From Spirochaetaceae bacterium (lineage in GTDB: Bacteria; Spirochaetota; Spirochaetia; DSM-2461), in the NCBI GenBank assembly GCA_965224705.1, contig OZ245056.1:384001-448000 (forward strand): a stretch of DNA of 64,000 nucleotides, read 5' to 3'. Positions 19,396-27,829 of this stretch are shown here, piece after piece. The position numbers and the translations under genes are program-made. Numbering within the stretch: the first letter of the stretch is position 1; every line of letters starts with the position of its first letter. The notes beneath the pieces are model-generated. The model was not told the DNA's origin and ran no database searches. It saw only the letters and a list, made by a program, of their open reading frames with translations.

Positions 19396-19508
19396 AGTGT
19401 CAGGAAGCTTGTTAAACCGAAAAAATACCTCTTCAGTATAACTCTGTCGATGGCTTAAAACCTTGTAATAATTGGGGATAATGAAAATTTAACAAGCTTA
19501 CTGACACT
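19396..19508. mobile_element. Family A MITE, 113-bp class, copy 2
   Basis: AGTGTCAGGAAGCTTGTTAA ... TTAACAAGCTTACTGACACT. Confidence 0.85.
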
Positions 19509-19666
19509 ACGTGAATTCCCAAGCTTAATGATGATTCACACAGCTCTTTACCGTTATCGACCAGTTATTTGAATACCCGGCGGGTTGAGAAGAGACGAAA
19601 AAGTAACAAGAATACGCAAAGAAAGGTTTTGTCAGGACACAGAGGGCTACTTTGATTTTTCAGTGC

Positions 19667-20038
19667 TCAGGGGACACGACTACGGAATATTTCTACAGCG
19701 ACACCTCTGGCTTGAGCCGGGACATCAGGTTTTTCCACCGTCACCTGACAGGCTGTTATTAACGGCTCGGCAAGAAGCAAATCTGCAACAGACTCGGCCA
19801 ATGATTCAATCAATTCAAAACTCGTTTCTCCGACATGAGCATGAAGCTTTTTAGAGAGAACATCGTAATCTATGGCATTGGCAATATCGTCGGTTCGGGC
19901 CGCTTTGGGATTGTCATAGAAAATGGTAAGGCTGATGATCACCTGACGAGTTTTGAGCCGCTCCTCAGCAAAAACACCCAGAATACAGTTACAGTTAAGA
20001 TCCCGGATATGTATCCTATCCAGAGTATTAATGTCCAT
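19667..20038 (-). CDS. folB: Dihydroneopterin aldolase / FolX-like
   Basis: DRIHIRDL, ILGVFAEER..RQ, TDDIANAIDY, FELIESLAE, VEKP; start at ATG 20038 after AAGGA. Confidence 0.88.
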   Translation of the reverse strand: MDINTLDRIHIRDLNCNCILGVFAEERLKTRQVIISLTIFYDNPKAARTDDIANAIDYDVLSKKLHAHVGETSFELIESLAESVADLLLAEPLITACQVTVEKPDVPAQARGVAVEIFRSRVP

Positions 20039-20771
20039 AGATATTTCCTTTAAGGTGACGTCCGCCATCAACAAAAATTACCTGACCGGTGACAAAAGTT
20101 GCCTGTACAAGGTATAGAACGGCCTCAGCCACATCATAAGGATTTCCGCAGGTGTTCAATGGGTTGGATGCAGCCATTTTTTCCATCCAGAATTCATCCT
20201 TCTCTCCAGGTTGTAGAATAATTCCGGGAGCAACGGCATTGACGGTGATGTCCGGTGCATATTCTACAGCTAGATCGCAGGTGACAGCGTGCAGCGCACG
20301 TTTAGCCAGATGATATGAGGCATGCGAAGGGTTCCTATCGGCGTAACGTGTATCAAGAATATTGACAACAGTCCCGGGTCTGCCACTTTGTTTCATAGCC
20401 CTCATCATCGCAAGAGGGGAGAGAACCTGCACAGCCATGGCCCTGGTAAGAGATGTGAAGTTAACTTCATCATAAGTATCTTGAGGATAGTCGCATGCAG
20501 AATTGACCAGAATATCGATACCAGAATGCTGTTGACTGAGGCCAGTAAACCAATGGGTTGTACCATCGCAGATTTCAAGATCATGGCAGGTTAGAACGGC
20601 ATGCCGCCCCATCTTTTTTATTCTATTGACCACATCCATTCCGTCGTCATCAGGTTGGTTTCGGCTGTGAACAATGATGTCAGAACCGTTTTCTGCCAGT
20701 TTTAATGCTATAATCTCTCCCAACCGATTCTTTGAACCAGTTACCAGAGCCGTTTTGCCTTCCAATCCCAT
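20028..20771 (-). CDS. Pteridine reductase (FolM/PTR1-like SDR)
   Basis: ALVTGSKNRLG (Arg in the Gly motif is typical of pteridine reductases), NILD, YHLAK, VNAVAPG, VDGGRHL; overlaps folB. Confidence 0.8.
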   Translation of the reverse strand: MGLEGKTALVTGSKNRLGEIIALKLAENGSDIIVHSRNQPDDDGMDVVNRIKKMGRHAVLTCHDLEICDGTTHWFTGLSQQHSGIDILVNSACDYPQDTYDEVNFTSLTRAMAVQVLSPLAMMRAMKQSGRPGTVVNILDTRYADRNPSHASYHLAKRALHAVTCDLAVEYAPDITVNAVAPGIILQPGEKDEFWMEKMAASNPLNTCGNPYDVAEAVLYLVQATFVTGQVIFVDGGRHLKGNIYGH

Positions 20772-20777
20772 TCAATA

Positions 20778-20806
20778 AGAATAACTCTGACAGAGTTGTT
20801 TAGCAA
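20778..20806 (-). promoter_or_regulatory. Putative sigma70 promoter of the pteridine reductase gene (leaderless spacing)
   Basis: TTGCTA-N17-TATTCT, 6 nt before ATG 20771. Confidence 0.5.
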
Positions 20807-20815
20807 GATTTTTGA

Positions 20816-20844
20816 TTGACATCAGCCGAATCATGTCTTATACT
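20816..20844 (+). promoter_or_regulatory. Near-consensus sigma70 promoter of rpoZ-miaA
   Basis: TTGACA-N17-TATACT. Confidence 0.7.
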
Positions 20845-20884
20845 TGATTCAGAAAACATCAAATAGATACCTTAGAGGCAGTAT

Positions 20885-21094
20885 ATGGCGAAACTGATTT
20901 CTAATATTCCCATGGAAAGATTAGTATCCAGTGCAAAAAATATGTATGAATTAACGAATGCCGCTATCCATAGAGCCAAGCAAATTACTATAGCCGGTTC
21001 AGAACATCTGGAAGAGGCGGGTGGAAAAATAGTACCTCTTGCAATAAAAGAGATTATTACCGAAGAGGTTCAGTATAATTCGAAAGGAGACTGA
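20885..21094 (+). CDS. rpoZ: RNA polymerase omega subunit
   Basis: 69 aa; NMYEL..AAIHRAKQI, KIVPLAIKEI; SD GAGG. Confidence 0.85.
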   Translation: MAKLISNIPMERLVSSAKNMYELTNAAIHRAKQITIAGSEHLEEAGGKIVPLAIKEIITEEVQYNSKGD

Positions 21095-21110
21095 TCGTCC
21101 AAGAACTGTA

Positions 21111-22031
21111 TTGCTCTTCGGCCCTACAGGTGTGGGTAAAACAGCTATAATAGAAAAAGTTTTTGCAGATACTGCCGAAATAATCAGTGCCGATTCCTTA
21201 CAGGTTTACCGTGGATTGAATATTGGCAGTGCAAAGCCAGGAACTGCAATTCTTAATCATCTACCTCATCATCTAATAGATATTCTGAATATTGATCAGA
21301 GTTTCGATGTCGGTGATTTTTGTCATCTCTGTGAAATCTGTATGCACGATATACTTGCAAGAGGCAAGCTTCCTGTTATTTCGGGAGGGACAGCTTTCTA
21401 CATGAAAACCTGGTTAATGGGTTTACCACGAACTCCAGCCATTGACTTGAAGATACGTGAAAAAGTAAAAAAACAGTGGTTAAAAGCTGGCAATGATGAG
21501 ATTCATCAAGCACTTAGCATAATTGATCCAGAAAGTGCAGAACGAATACCTTCGGGTGATCGTTACCGAATGCTGAGAGCATTGGAAGTGTATGAACAAT
21601 GCCGAAAACCTTTATCCATTTTCAAGATTCCAGATAAACCCAGAGATGATATTGATTACTTATTGATAGGACTCAGGCGTACTCGTGAAGATTTACACCG
21701 TAGAATTGAGGAAAGAGTTGAGTCAATGATAAGTGCTGGTTTAGAGATGGAAGCAAAGTACCTGTACAGTCTGGGAGCAACAGATCTGGATCCGGGAATG
21801 AAGGGAATTGGATATAAGGAATGGCTGGGAACAAAGGAAAACCCTTCTCCCTCATTGGAAGAAGTAAAGAAACTCATAATCCAGAACACCAGGCGTTATG
21901 CGAAACGTCAGATGACTTTTTTTACGAAACTGCCTGATGTCGTCTGGATAGATGCAGGTGATGAAGGAAAAACTGCCGATGAAATCTCGAAGATCATAAC
22001 GGAATTTGAGATATCCTGTTTTATCCCTTGA
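21111..22031 (+). CDS. miaA: tRNA dimethylallyltransferase (start uncertain)
   Basis: GPTGVGKT, IISADSLQVYRGLNIGSAKP, PHHLID, GGTAFY, RALEV, GIGYKE, TRRYAKRQMT. Confidence 0.95.
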   Translation: MLFGPTGVGKTAIIEKVFADTAEIISADSLQVYRGLNIGSAKPGTAILNHLPHHLIDILNIDQSFDVGDFCHLCEICMHDILARGKLPVISGGTAFYMKTWLMGLPRTPAIDLKIREKVKKQWLKAGNDEIHQALSIIDPESAERIPSGDRYRMLRALEVYEQCRKPLSIFKIPDKPRDDIDYLLIGLRRTREDLHRRIEERVESMISAGLEMEAKYLYSLGATDLDPGMKGIGYKEWLGTKENPSPSLEEVKKLIIQNTRRYAKRQMTFFTKLPDVVWIDAGDEGKTADEISKIITEFEISCFIP

Positions 22032-22056
22032 CCAAGCTGGCTTCGACCATCATAAT
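22028..22056 (+). promoter_or_regulatory. Putative sigma70 promoter of the 29-aa ORF
   Basis: TTGACC-N17-CATAAT. Confidence 0.55.
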
Positions 22057-22117
22057 TCACCTGATTCGGGGATCATTGCTTTTGCTCCCCCTGTTCTAGT
22101 AAAGAGGAGAGCTGACT

Positions 22118-22207
22118 GTGCCCTGTGGACGCAAACGGAAAAGGAAAAAAATTACCACACACAAACGTAAGAAAAAACTCAGAAAAAATAGACATAAGAA
22201 TAAGTAA
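22118..22207 (+). CDS. 29-aa basic protein, AURKAIP1/COX24-domain (bS22/mS38-like ribosomal protein)
   Basis: SD GAGGAG then GTG; MPCGRKRKRKKITTHKRKKKLRKNRHKNK. Below the ORF-track size cutoff. Confidence 0.85.
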   Translation: MPCGRKRKRKKITTHKRKKKLRKNRHKNK

Positions 22208-22569
22208 AACCGGTACTCGAAGAAGTATATGAGTGGAATCAGGAAAACAAGATGCCTGTACCTGCCATTAATGCAGTCTGGATTCTGCCGATGATCAATG
22301 AGTGGAAATCCTGATTTGCTGCTTCTCATACCCTGTGAGAGCCGCTGGTGATTGGCAGAGGAGATTTTACCGAAAAGGCACAACACGACTGTGTGATTCT
22401 TGATGTGGTTACCCAAAGTTCATATTCCAAAGTACTCAACCTGATGGGTGCTGCTTGATAGCGAATCCACGTCTATCCGACATGTGAGGTCTGTTCGCAC
22501 ATCCAGGTTCAAGTTCAATGACATCTGCCCTGGAATGTATGGATGAGTTCTTCGAGGCTGGCTGGATTA

Positions 22570-23097
22570 CTACAGAGGTACAACCTTACCGATATAGGGC
22601 AAATTCCGGTGCTTCTGGGCATAATCAATGCCGAATCCTATCACGAAAACATCGGGAATCTTAAACCCGACATAGTCCACATCGACCCTGGTTTCCCGGC
22701 GGTCAGGTTTGTCGAGCAGTGTGCAGATACGCAGAGAAGCTGGTTCTCTCAAGAGGAGGAGTTCTCGAACTTTGGCCAGAGTAGATCCAGTGTCAATGAT
22801 ATCCTCAACTATAATAACATTCAGTCCCCGTATATCTTCCGCCAGGTCTTTTTCAATACATACATCATGAGAGGGAATGGTTTCGTTCCCATAGCTGCTG
22901 ACAACCATGAAGTCCATTTTAACTTCCAAATCTATTAACCGGGCAAGATCAGCCAGAAAAACAACGGAACCACGCAGCAAGCCCACAAGAACAATATCCT
23001 CCTGGCCACGATATTCCTCTTCGATTTCCATGGCCAGTTCAGCAACCCTTTTTTGAATTTTTTCAGCCGACAGTAACTCATCAATACGATATTCCAT
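22570..23097 (-). CDS. hpt: Hypoxanthine phosphoribosyltransferase
   Basis: [52 protein letters not shown]; start at ATG 23097. Confidence 0.96.
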   Translation of the reverse strand: MEYRIDELLSAEKIQKRVAELAMEIEEEYRGQEDIVLVGLLRGSVVFLADLARLIDLEVKMDFMVVSSYGNETIPSHDVCIEKDLAEDIRGLNVIIVEDIIDTGSTLAKVRELLLLREPASLRICTLLDKPDRRETRVDVDYVGFKIPDVFVIGFGIDYAQKHRNLPYIGKVVPL

Positions 23098-23268
23098 TCT
23101 GCATCCCTCTTTGTGATTTATTCTAACATATGTTATCAATAAGATAAATCTGTTCTCTGTCAACTGCATCAATCCGCAGACTGGAGGCTGGATAACGAAT
23201 CTTCTGAGCAAGTTCAGGCTGAGTCAGGAGGAAAAAACTGCTGTATCAAGGAGAGAGGTATCCAAAGG

Positions 23269-23325
23269 TGCATCGGAAAAAAATCATCAGAAATCGCCTT
23301 GAAGCCTTAAAGTCCGACAGACTCC
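23269..23325 (+). repeat. Family B partial copy (right part only)
   Basis: TGCATCGGAAAAAAATCATCAGAAATCGCCTTGAAGCCTTAAAGTCCGACAGACTCC matches 8859-8915. Confidence 0.8.
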
Positions 23326-23344
23326 TGGAGCGCAGGGGAACACA

Positions 23345-23372
23345 TTGATTTTTTCAGTACCTGTCGTATAAT
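23345..23372 (+). promoter_or_regulatory. Putative sigma70 promoter
   Basis: TTGATT-N16-TATAAT upstream of 23399. Confidence 0.5.
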
Positions 23373-23398
23373 GAAAGCATTGGAATGAAGAAATATCA

Positions 23399-24028
23399 AT
23401 GATAGACAAACTCAACAATATTTCCTCCGAATCCGTCCTGAAAGCTACCGGGCGTGACTGGGACGAGTGGATAGCCTTTATCAGGGAATCTGGCGGCGAT
23501 AATATGGATCATCGGGAGTTGGTGCATCTGGCAGGAACGGCAGGTCAGGTAGAGAGTCTGTGGTGGCAGCAGAGTGTGGCGGTGGGTTATGAATTTGCCA
23601 GAGGCCGCCGGGTAACCGGTCAGACAGAAGATGCTGGTTTCCAACTTGGGGTTCAGCGGACTGTTCCCATGAATCAGAAAACCCTCTGGCAACTGCTCTT
23701 CAGCGAGGCGGGACTGACAATATGGCTCGGTAAAACGAAAGGTATTTCCCTGGAGCCTGGTTCGATTTTTAAAACAAGCGATGGTACCAGTGGTGAGATT
23801 CGCCGGACAAAACCAGGCGAACGCATTCGTCTGCGATTGAACGGGCGACCCATTAATCATCCAATAACCATGCAGATAACGCTGACCTGCTCCCGTAATA
23901 CGGCATCAAGAACAACTCTGCGCTTCCATGCAGAGAAACTCCACTCTGAGGAAGAAAGAAACACGCTTCGAAAACACTGGAATAATCTCTTCGACGCCTT
24001 GATTCATCTTGCAAAGAATCAGATATGA
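23399..24028 (+). CDS. SRPBCC/AHSA1-like domain protein with a DUF4287-like N-terminus
   Basis: KATGRDWDEW, WWQQSVAVGYE, GEIR..KPGERIRL, LRFHAEKL..RKHW. Confidence 0.7.
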   Translation: MIDKLNNISSESVLKATGRDWDEWIAFIRESGGDNMDHRELVHLAGTAGQVESLWWQQSVAVGYEFARGRRVTGQTEDAGFQLGVQRTVPMNQKTLWQLLFSEAGLTIWLGKTKGISLEPGSIFKTSDGTSGEIRRTKPGERIRLRLNGRPINHPITMQITLTCSRNTASRTTLRFHAEKLHSEEERNTLRKHWNNLFDALIHLAKNQI

Positions 24029-24216
24029 ACAAATCGCTGGAATAGAAATCAATCCCGCCTGAAACAAGTCAAAGGACCCGCCTCCTTGAATGGCCCGGAA
24101 ACTCAGGGCGGCCTCATAATACTTTCCGGAGTTCAATCCATAAGTATCCACAAACCATTGGGAAAAGTATGTTTTCACTGCATGCCGTCGATGGTTTATT
24201 GAGAACTCCATATTGC

Positions 24217-24441
24217 AGTGTCAGAAAGCTTGGCTTGTTAGATGCAGCAATCGATTCCATCAGAAACTAATATATTATAGGGAAACAATGTACAATACAT
24301 ATTACCGAGAAAGTTCCTCATCGCCCAGGAGAGCATCCGCCGAATTACAACTGTCAATCAGTAATAAACAACTATATCAGGCAAAAGTTTCCACCCGGCT
24401 CAATTAAAATGAGCCCAGGGTATAACAAGCTTCCTGACACA
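24217..24441. mobile_element. Family A MITE, ~220-bp class, copy 3
   Basis: AGTGTCAGAAAGCTTGGCTTGTTA ... CAGGGTATAACAAGCTTCCTGACAC; interior homologous to 6821-7040. Confidence 0.82.
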
Positions 24442-24491
24442 ACTCTGGTCAGGGTACAACAGGTTTTTGACACAGACTGCTGACAGGACCT

Positions 24492-24941
24492 TCAGTCCCC
24501 CTGGATGTTTTCCAAACTCTTATCCAGGGCATGCCAGGCCAATGCGGCACATTTCACGCGCAAAGGAAATTTCACCACTCCCCCAAGCACGGCAAGATCA
24601 CCCCATTCATCCAATCGCTCTGGAGACTCATCCCCTCGCAGAACGCTGAGAAAAACACGAATGAATTCCCTCGCTTCACGAGGATTTTTTCCCGGAAGCC
24701 GTTCGGTCATAAGGGAGGCCGATGCGGTACTGATGGCACAGCCGTGACCATCATGTTTAACCTCCCGAATCAGACCGTTATCATCCAGAATAACCTCAAT
24801 TTTCACCGTATCGCCACAGGATGGGTTCTCATGGACAGCATCCTCATTCAGATGGGAAAGATCAGCCCGATTGCGGGGAGACTTATAGTGATCCAGGATG
24901 ATTTCCATATAGAGGTCATCCAGATTATCAATCTGCTGCAT
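24492..24941 (-). CDS. sufU: SufU sulfurtransferase / Fe-S scaffold
   Basis: LYMEIILDHYKSPRN, NPSCGD, GCAISTASAS, RVKCAALAW. Confidence 0.95.
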   Translation of the reverse strand: MQQIDNLDDLYMEIILDHYKSPRNRADLSHLNEDAVHENPSCGDTVKIEVILDDNGLIREVKHDGHGCAISTASASLMTERLPGKNPREAREFIRVFLSVLRGDESPERLDEWGDLAVLGGVVKFPLRVKCAALAWHALDKSLENIQGD

Positions 24942-26215
24942 TATTTGAAATACTCCTGAACTTCCTTGACTGCATCAACCAGTTGATCAATGTCGTCAGT
25001 TGTATTGTAGGGGGCAAGAGAAGCTCTGGCGGTTGATGGGATGCCCATCAACCGCATTGCAGGCTGGGCACAGTGATGACCAGAGCGAACAGCTATTCCC
25101 CGGGTGTTTAAAAACTGGGCTGCGTCATGACTGTGTACACCCTCAATATTGAAGGAAAACACCCCCCTTCGACGGTCAGAACTGCCGGGGCCATAGAGAG
25201 TCAATCCCTCCAGATCAGTTAATCTTGCAAGGGCATACTCCTCCAGTTTTGCCGCCCGGTTTTCCAGACGGTCAATGCCGGTAGCCGACATCCAGTCCAG
25301 CGCCGCCGCCAGACCAACAGCAGCCGCAACATCCGGGGTACCGGCCTCAAATTTATAAGGAAGTTCGTTCCATGTTGACTTCTCCGGCTTAACAATGGAA
25401 ATCATCTCTCCCCCAGTCTGCCAGGGAGGCATCCTTTCCAGCCAGGATTCCCGTCCCCATACAACTCCGGAACCCATGGGACCGTACACCTTATGCCCAC
25501 TGAAGACAAGAAAATCCGCCCCGGTCGCCAATGCATCCACCGGTAGATGGGGCATGGATTGAGCGGCATCCAGAACCAGAGGAATATTCCTCTCCCGGCT
25601 CCAACTGGATATGGCCCGCACTGGATTGATGGTTCCAAAGGCATTGGAAATATGTGCCACGGCCGTAATTTTCACCCTCTCACTCCGGCCATCTTTATCC
25701 AGATCGTTCAGGAAATCCAGGTCAAGGGTGCCGTCAAGGAAGGCGGGGATGAGAAGAAGTTCGGCCCCCTTGCGTTTGGCCGCCTGCTGCCAGGGAACAA
25801 AATTGGCGTGGTGCTCAAGTGTACTGACCAGGATAATATCGCCGCTTCCAACCAGTAATTCCGACAGAGACCATGCCAGAAGATTCAGTCCCCCCGTAGT
25901 ACTTCGAGTAAAAATCACCTCCCGGGGCGACGAGGCATTCAAGTAGCGCTCAATGGTTCGCCGGGCATTTTCAAATGCCATTGTTGACCTTTCGGCCAGA
26001 TCATACAGGGAACGGTGAACATTGGCATTGTCATTCCGGTAATACCTGTCCATGGCCGTTAAAACCATTTCCGGTTTCTGACTGCTGGCAGCATTATCCA
26101 GGTACACCAGATCAGGATTGTTCATCAGGAGGGGAAACTGCTTCTTAATGCCATCATCAATGGGTTCACGGGAATCCTGGAAAGGCCGGAAACAATGAGC
26201 AGAATGGGGGTTCAT
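24941..26215 (-). CDS. sufS: Cysteine desulfurase SufS
   Basis: YLDNAASSQKP, EHHAN, DAAQ, FSGHKVYGP, FEAGTP, RSGHHCAQP. Confidence 0.96.
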   Translation of the reverse strand: MNPHSAHCFRPFQDSREPIDDGIKKQFPLLMNNPDLVYLDNAASSQKPEMVLTAMDRYYRNDNANVHRSLYDLAERSTMAFENARRTIERYLNASSPREVIFTRSTTGGLNLLAWSLSELLVGSGDIILVSTLEHHANFVPWQQAAKRKGAELLLIPAFLDGTLDLDFLNDLDKDGRSERVKITAVAHISNAFGTINPVRAISSWSRERNIPLVLDAAQSMPHLPVDALATGADFLVFSGHKVYGPMGSGVVWGRESWLERMPPWQTGGEMISIVKPEKSTWNELPYKFEAGTPDVAAAVGLAAALDWMSATGIDRLENRAAKLEEYALARLTDLEGLTLYGPGSSDRRRGVFSFNIEGVHSHDAAQFLNTRGIAVRSGHHCAQPAMRLMGIPSTARASLAPYNTTDDIDQLVDAVKEVQEYFK

Positions 26216-26224
26216 ACAAACTCT

Positions 26225-26557
26225 CTAGGCATAATCAGGCAGTTCCACCCACAGTTCTTCCCCTCTCTGTTCTATGGCATAGGCCGGTACATCCTCCAGG
26301 GCCGGCAAACCGCGAACCTCCCCGGATCGGCAGTCGAATGAAGAACCATGTTTATTACAGTACACCCTGTCGTTCCATATTTCCCCCTCCGAAAGCTTTG
26401 AAAACTCATGGGAACAGGTATCTTCCAGAGCCCCCCAGCCCTCGGACATTTTGAATAAAACCAAGTCATACCCTTCCACATCAACGGCCATTACCTGCCG
26501 TCCTGCCGGTAATTTCTCAATGTCAGATGCGTTTGCAACATTTATCCAGCGTCCCAT
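26225..26557 (-). CDS. Rieske-type ferredoxin
   Basis: CSH...CNKHGSSFD Rieske ligands. Confidence 0.9.
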   Translation of the reverse strand: MGRWINVANASDIEKLPAGRQVMAVDVEGYDLVLFKMSEGWGALEDTCSHEFSKLSEGEIWNDRVYCNKHGSSFDCRSGEVRGLPALEDVPAYAIEQRGEELWVELPDYA

Positions 26558-26563
26558 AGTCCC

Positions 26564-27829
26564 CTACTCCTTCCCCAATGCAGCATCAATATCCTCTGAA
26601 AGTATGTCAATCATCACTTCGTGACTGCCGTCGATCACCTCGGTCAGGAATCCCCTGGTAATCTCCCGGACCGCCTCATCTGGTGAATACCCCCGGCTTT
26701 GAAGGTAGAACAACTGTCCTTCGTCTATTTTTCCCGTTGTGGATCCATGACTGCATTTCACATCATCGGTAAGAATGTTCAACTGAGGGATGGAATCCGC
26801 ACGGGCATCTTCTGAAAGGATGAGGTTTTTATTGGTAAGATAGGCATCGGTTTTCACTGCTTTCGGATAAACATTGATGAGGCCCTGGAAGATGGTTCGG
26901 CCCCCACCCGATACAGCCCCCTTGTAGAGGGAATTTGAAGTGGCATTGGGACTGGCATGATCCTGAAGTATCCCAATATCCTTGTGTTGACCTTCTTTTG
27001 CAACATAGAGACCATTCAATCCGGCATCGGCCCCTTCTCCGGCCAGAACCACGCGGGAAAGAGTCTTCACCAATGAACCACCAAGATGGGATTCCACGAA
27101 TCCGATGTATCCATCCCTCTCCACCCTGAAGCAGTTTGAAGAGAAGAACACAGCATTGTTATCAAGATTCTGCCTCAGGGCTATGTATGCCCGGGAATTG
27201 TTTCCGGATTGACTTGTTATACCGGCATTCACTACCGGTCTCTGTTCAGATCCTGGAGCAGGATCACTTCTGAAACTCCACAAAACACTGAGTTCGCTGT
27301 TTGTTCCTGTAATGAAATGAAGGTGGGGAGCGGCATATGAATTGACCCCATTTTCCTCAGCCCTGATGGTTTCCTCAATGATTACAGGAAGTCCAATTCG
27401 TCTCCCCTCAGGCAGCTCCAATACCAGCGAACCGGGGCAATCCCGCCAGTGCCAGGCCGAGATCCGGTTGGGATTGCGACTCAACTCTTCCAGCCCCATC
27501 TTCATCTGATCGGCTGGGAAATCGTCGGGGTTCACCCAGGACAGATTTAAACCGGCCTCCTCAGCCTCTTCCGAAACCGCCATGCCCACGAGCCGACCGG
27601 ATTCAGTGATAACACGTGCAGCATATCTCTCAGGAAGCTGCGGTGTCAGGGAATCTTTTACACTGGACCCGTGTTGGTTTATGGAATGAGCGGCCGTTTC
27701 ACTCAGGAATCCTTTTTTTAATAGGCGGCCAAGATCTGTACGCCGCCAGGCTTCCTCATCAGTCCCTGGCCATGAAAGCTTTTCAAAAAGATCGGCGGCT
27801 TTTGTCCTCAATTGGTTAAGCTCCGCCAT
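26564..27829 (-). CDS. sufD: SufD
   Basis: EAWRRTD, KTDAYLTNKNLIL, PQLNILTDDVKCSHG, FYLQSRG. Confidence 0.93.
   Translation of the reverse strand: MAELNQLRTKAADLFEKLSWPGTDEEAWRRTDLGRLLKKGFLSETAAHSINQHGSSVKDSLTPQLPERYAARVITESGRLVGMAVSEEAEEAGLNLSWVNPDDFPADQMKMGLEELSRNPNRISAWHWRDCPGSLVLELPEGRRIGLPVIIEETIRAEENGVNSYAAPHLHFITGTNSELSVLWSFRSDPAPGSEQRPVVNAGITSQSGNNSRAYIALRQNLDNNAVFFSSNCFRVERDGYIGFVESHLGGSLVKTLSRVVLAGEGADAGLNGLYVAKEGQHKDIGILQDHASPNATSNSLYKGAVSGGGRTIFQGLINVYPKAVKTDAYLTNKNLILSEDARADSIPQLNILTDDVKCSHGSTTGKIDEGQLFYLQSRGYSPDEAVREITRGFLTEVIDGSHEVMIDILSEDIDAALGKE

Noticed and set aside
22208..22569. tmRNA or RNase P RNA, based on length
   Set aside because: No tRNA-like ends and no GAGGAAAGUCC-type motif on either strand.
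5387..24441. Family A or B repeats as a CRISPR array or integron attC sites
   Set aside because: They are dispersed inverted pairs around homologous interiors, not direct repeats with unique spacers; no cas or integrase gene is present.
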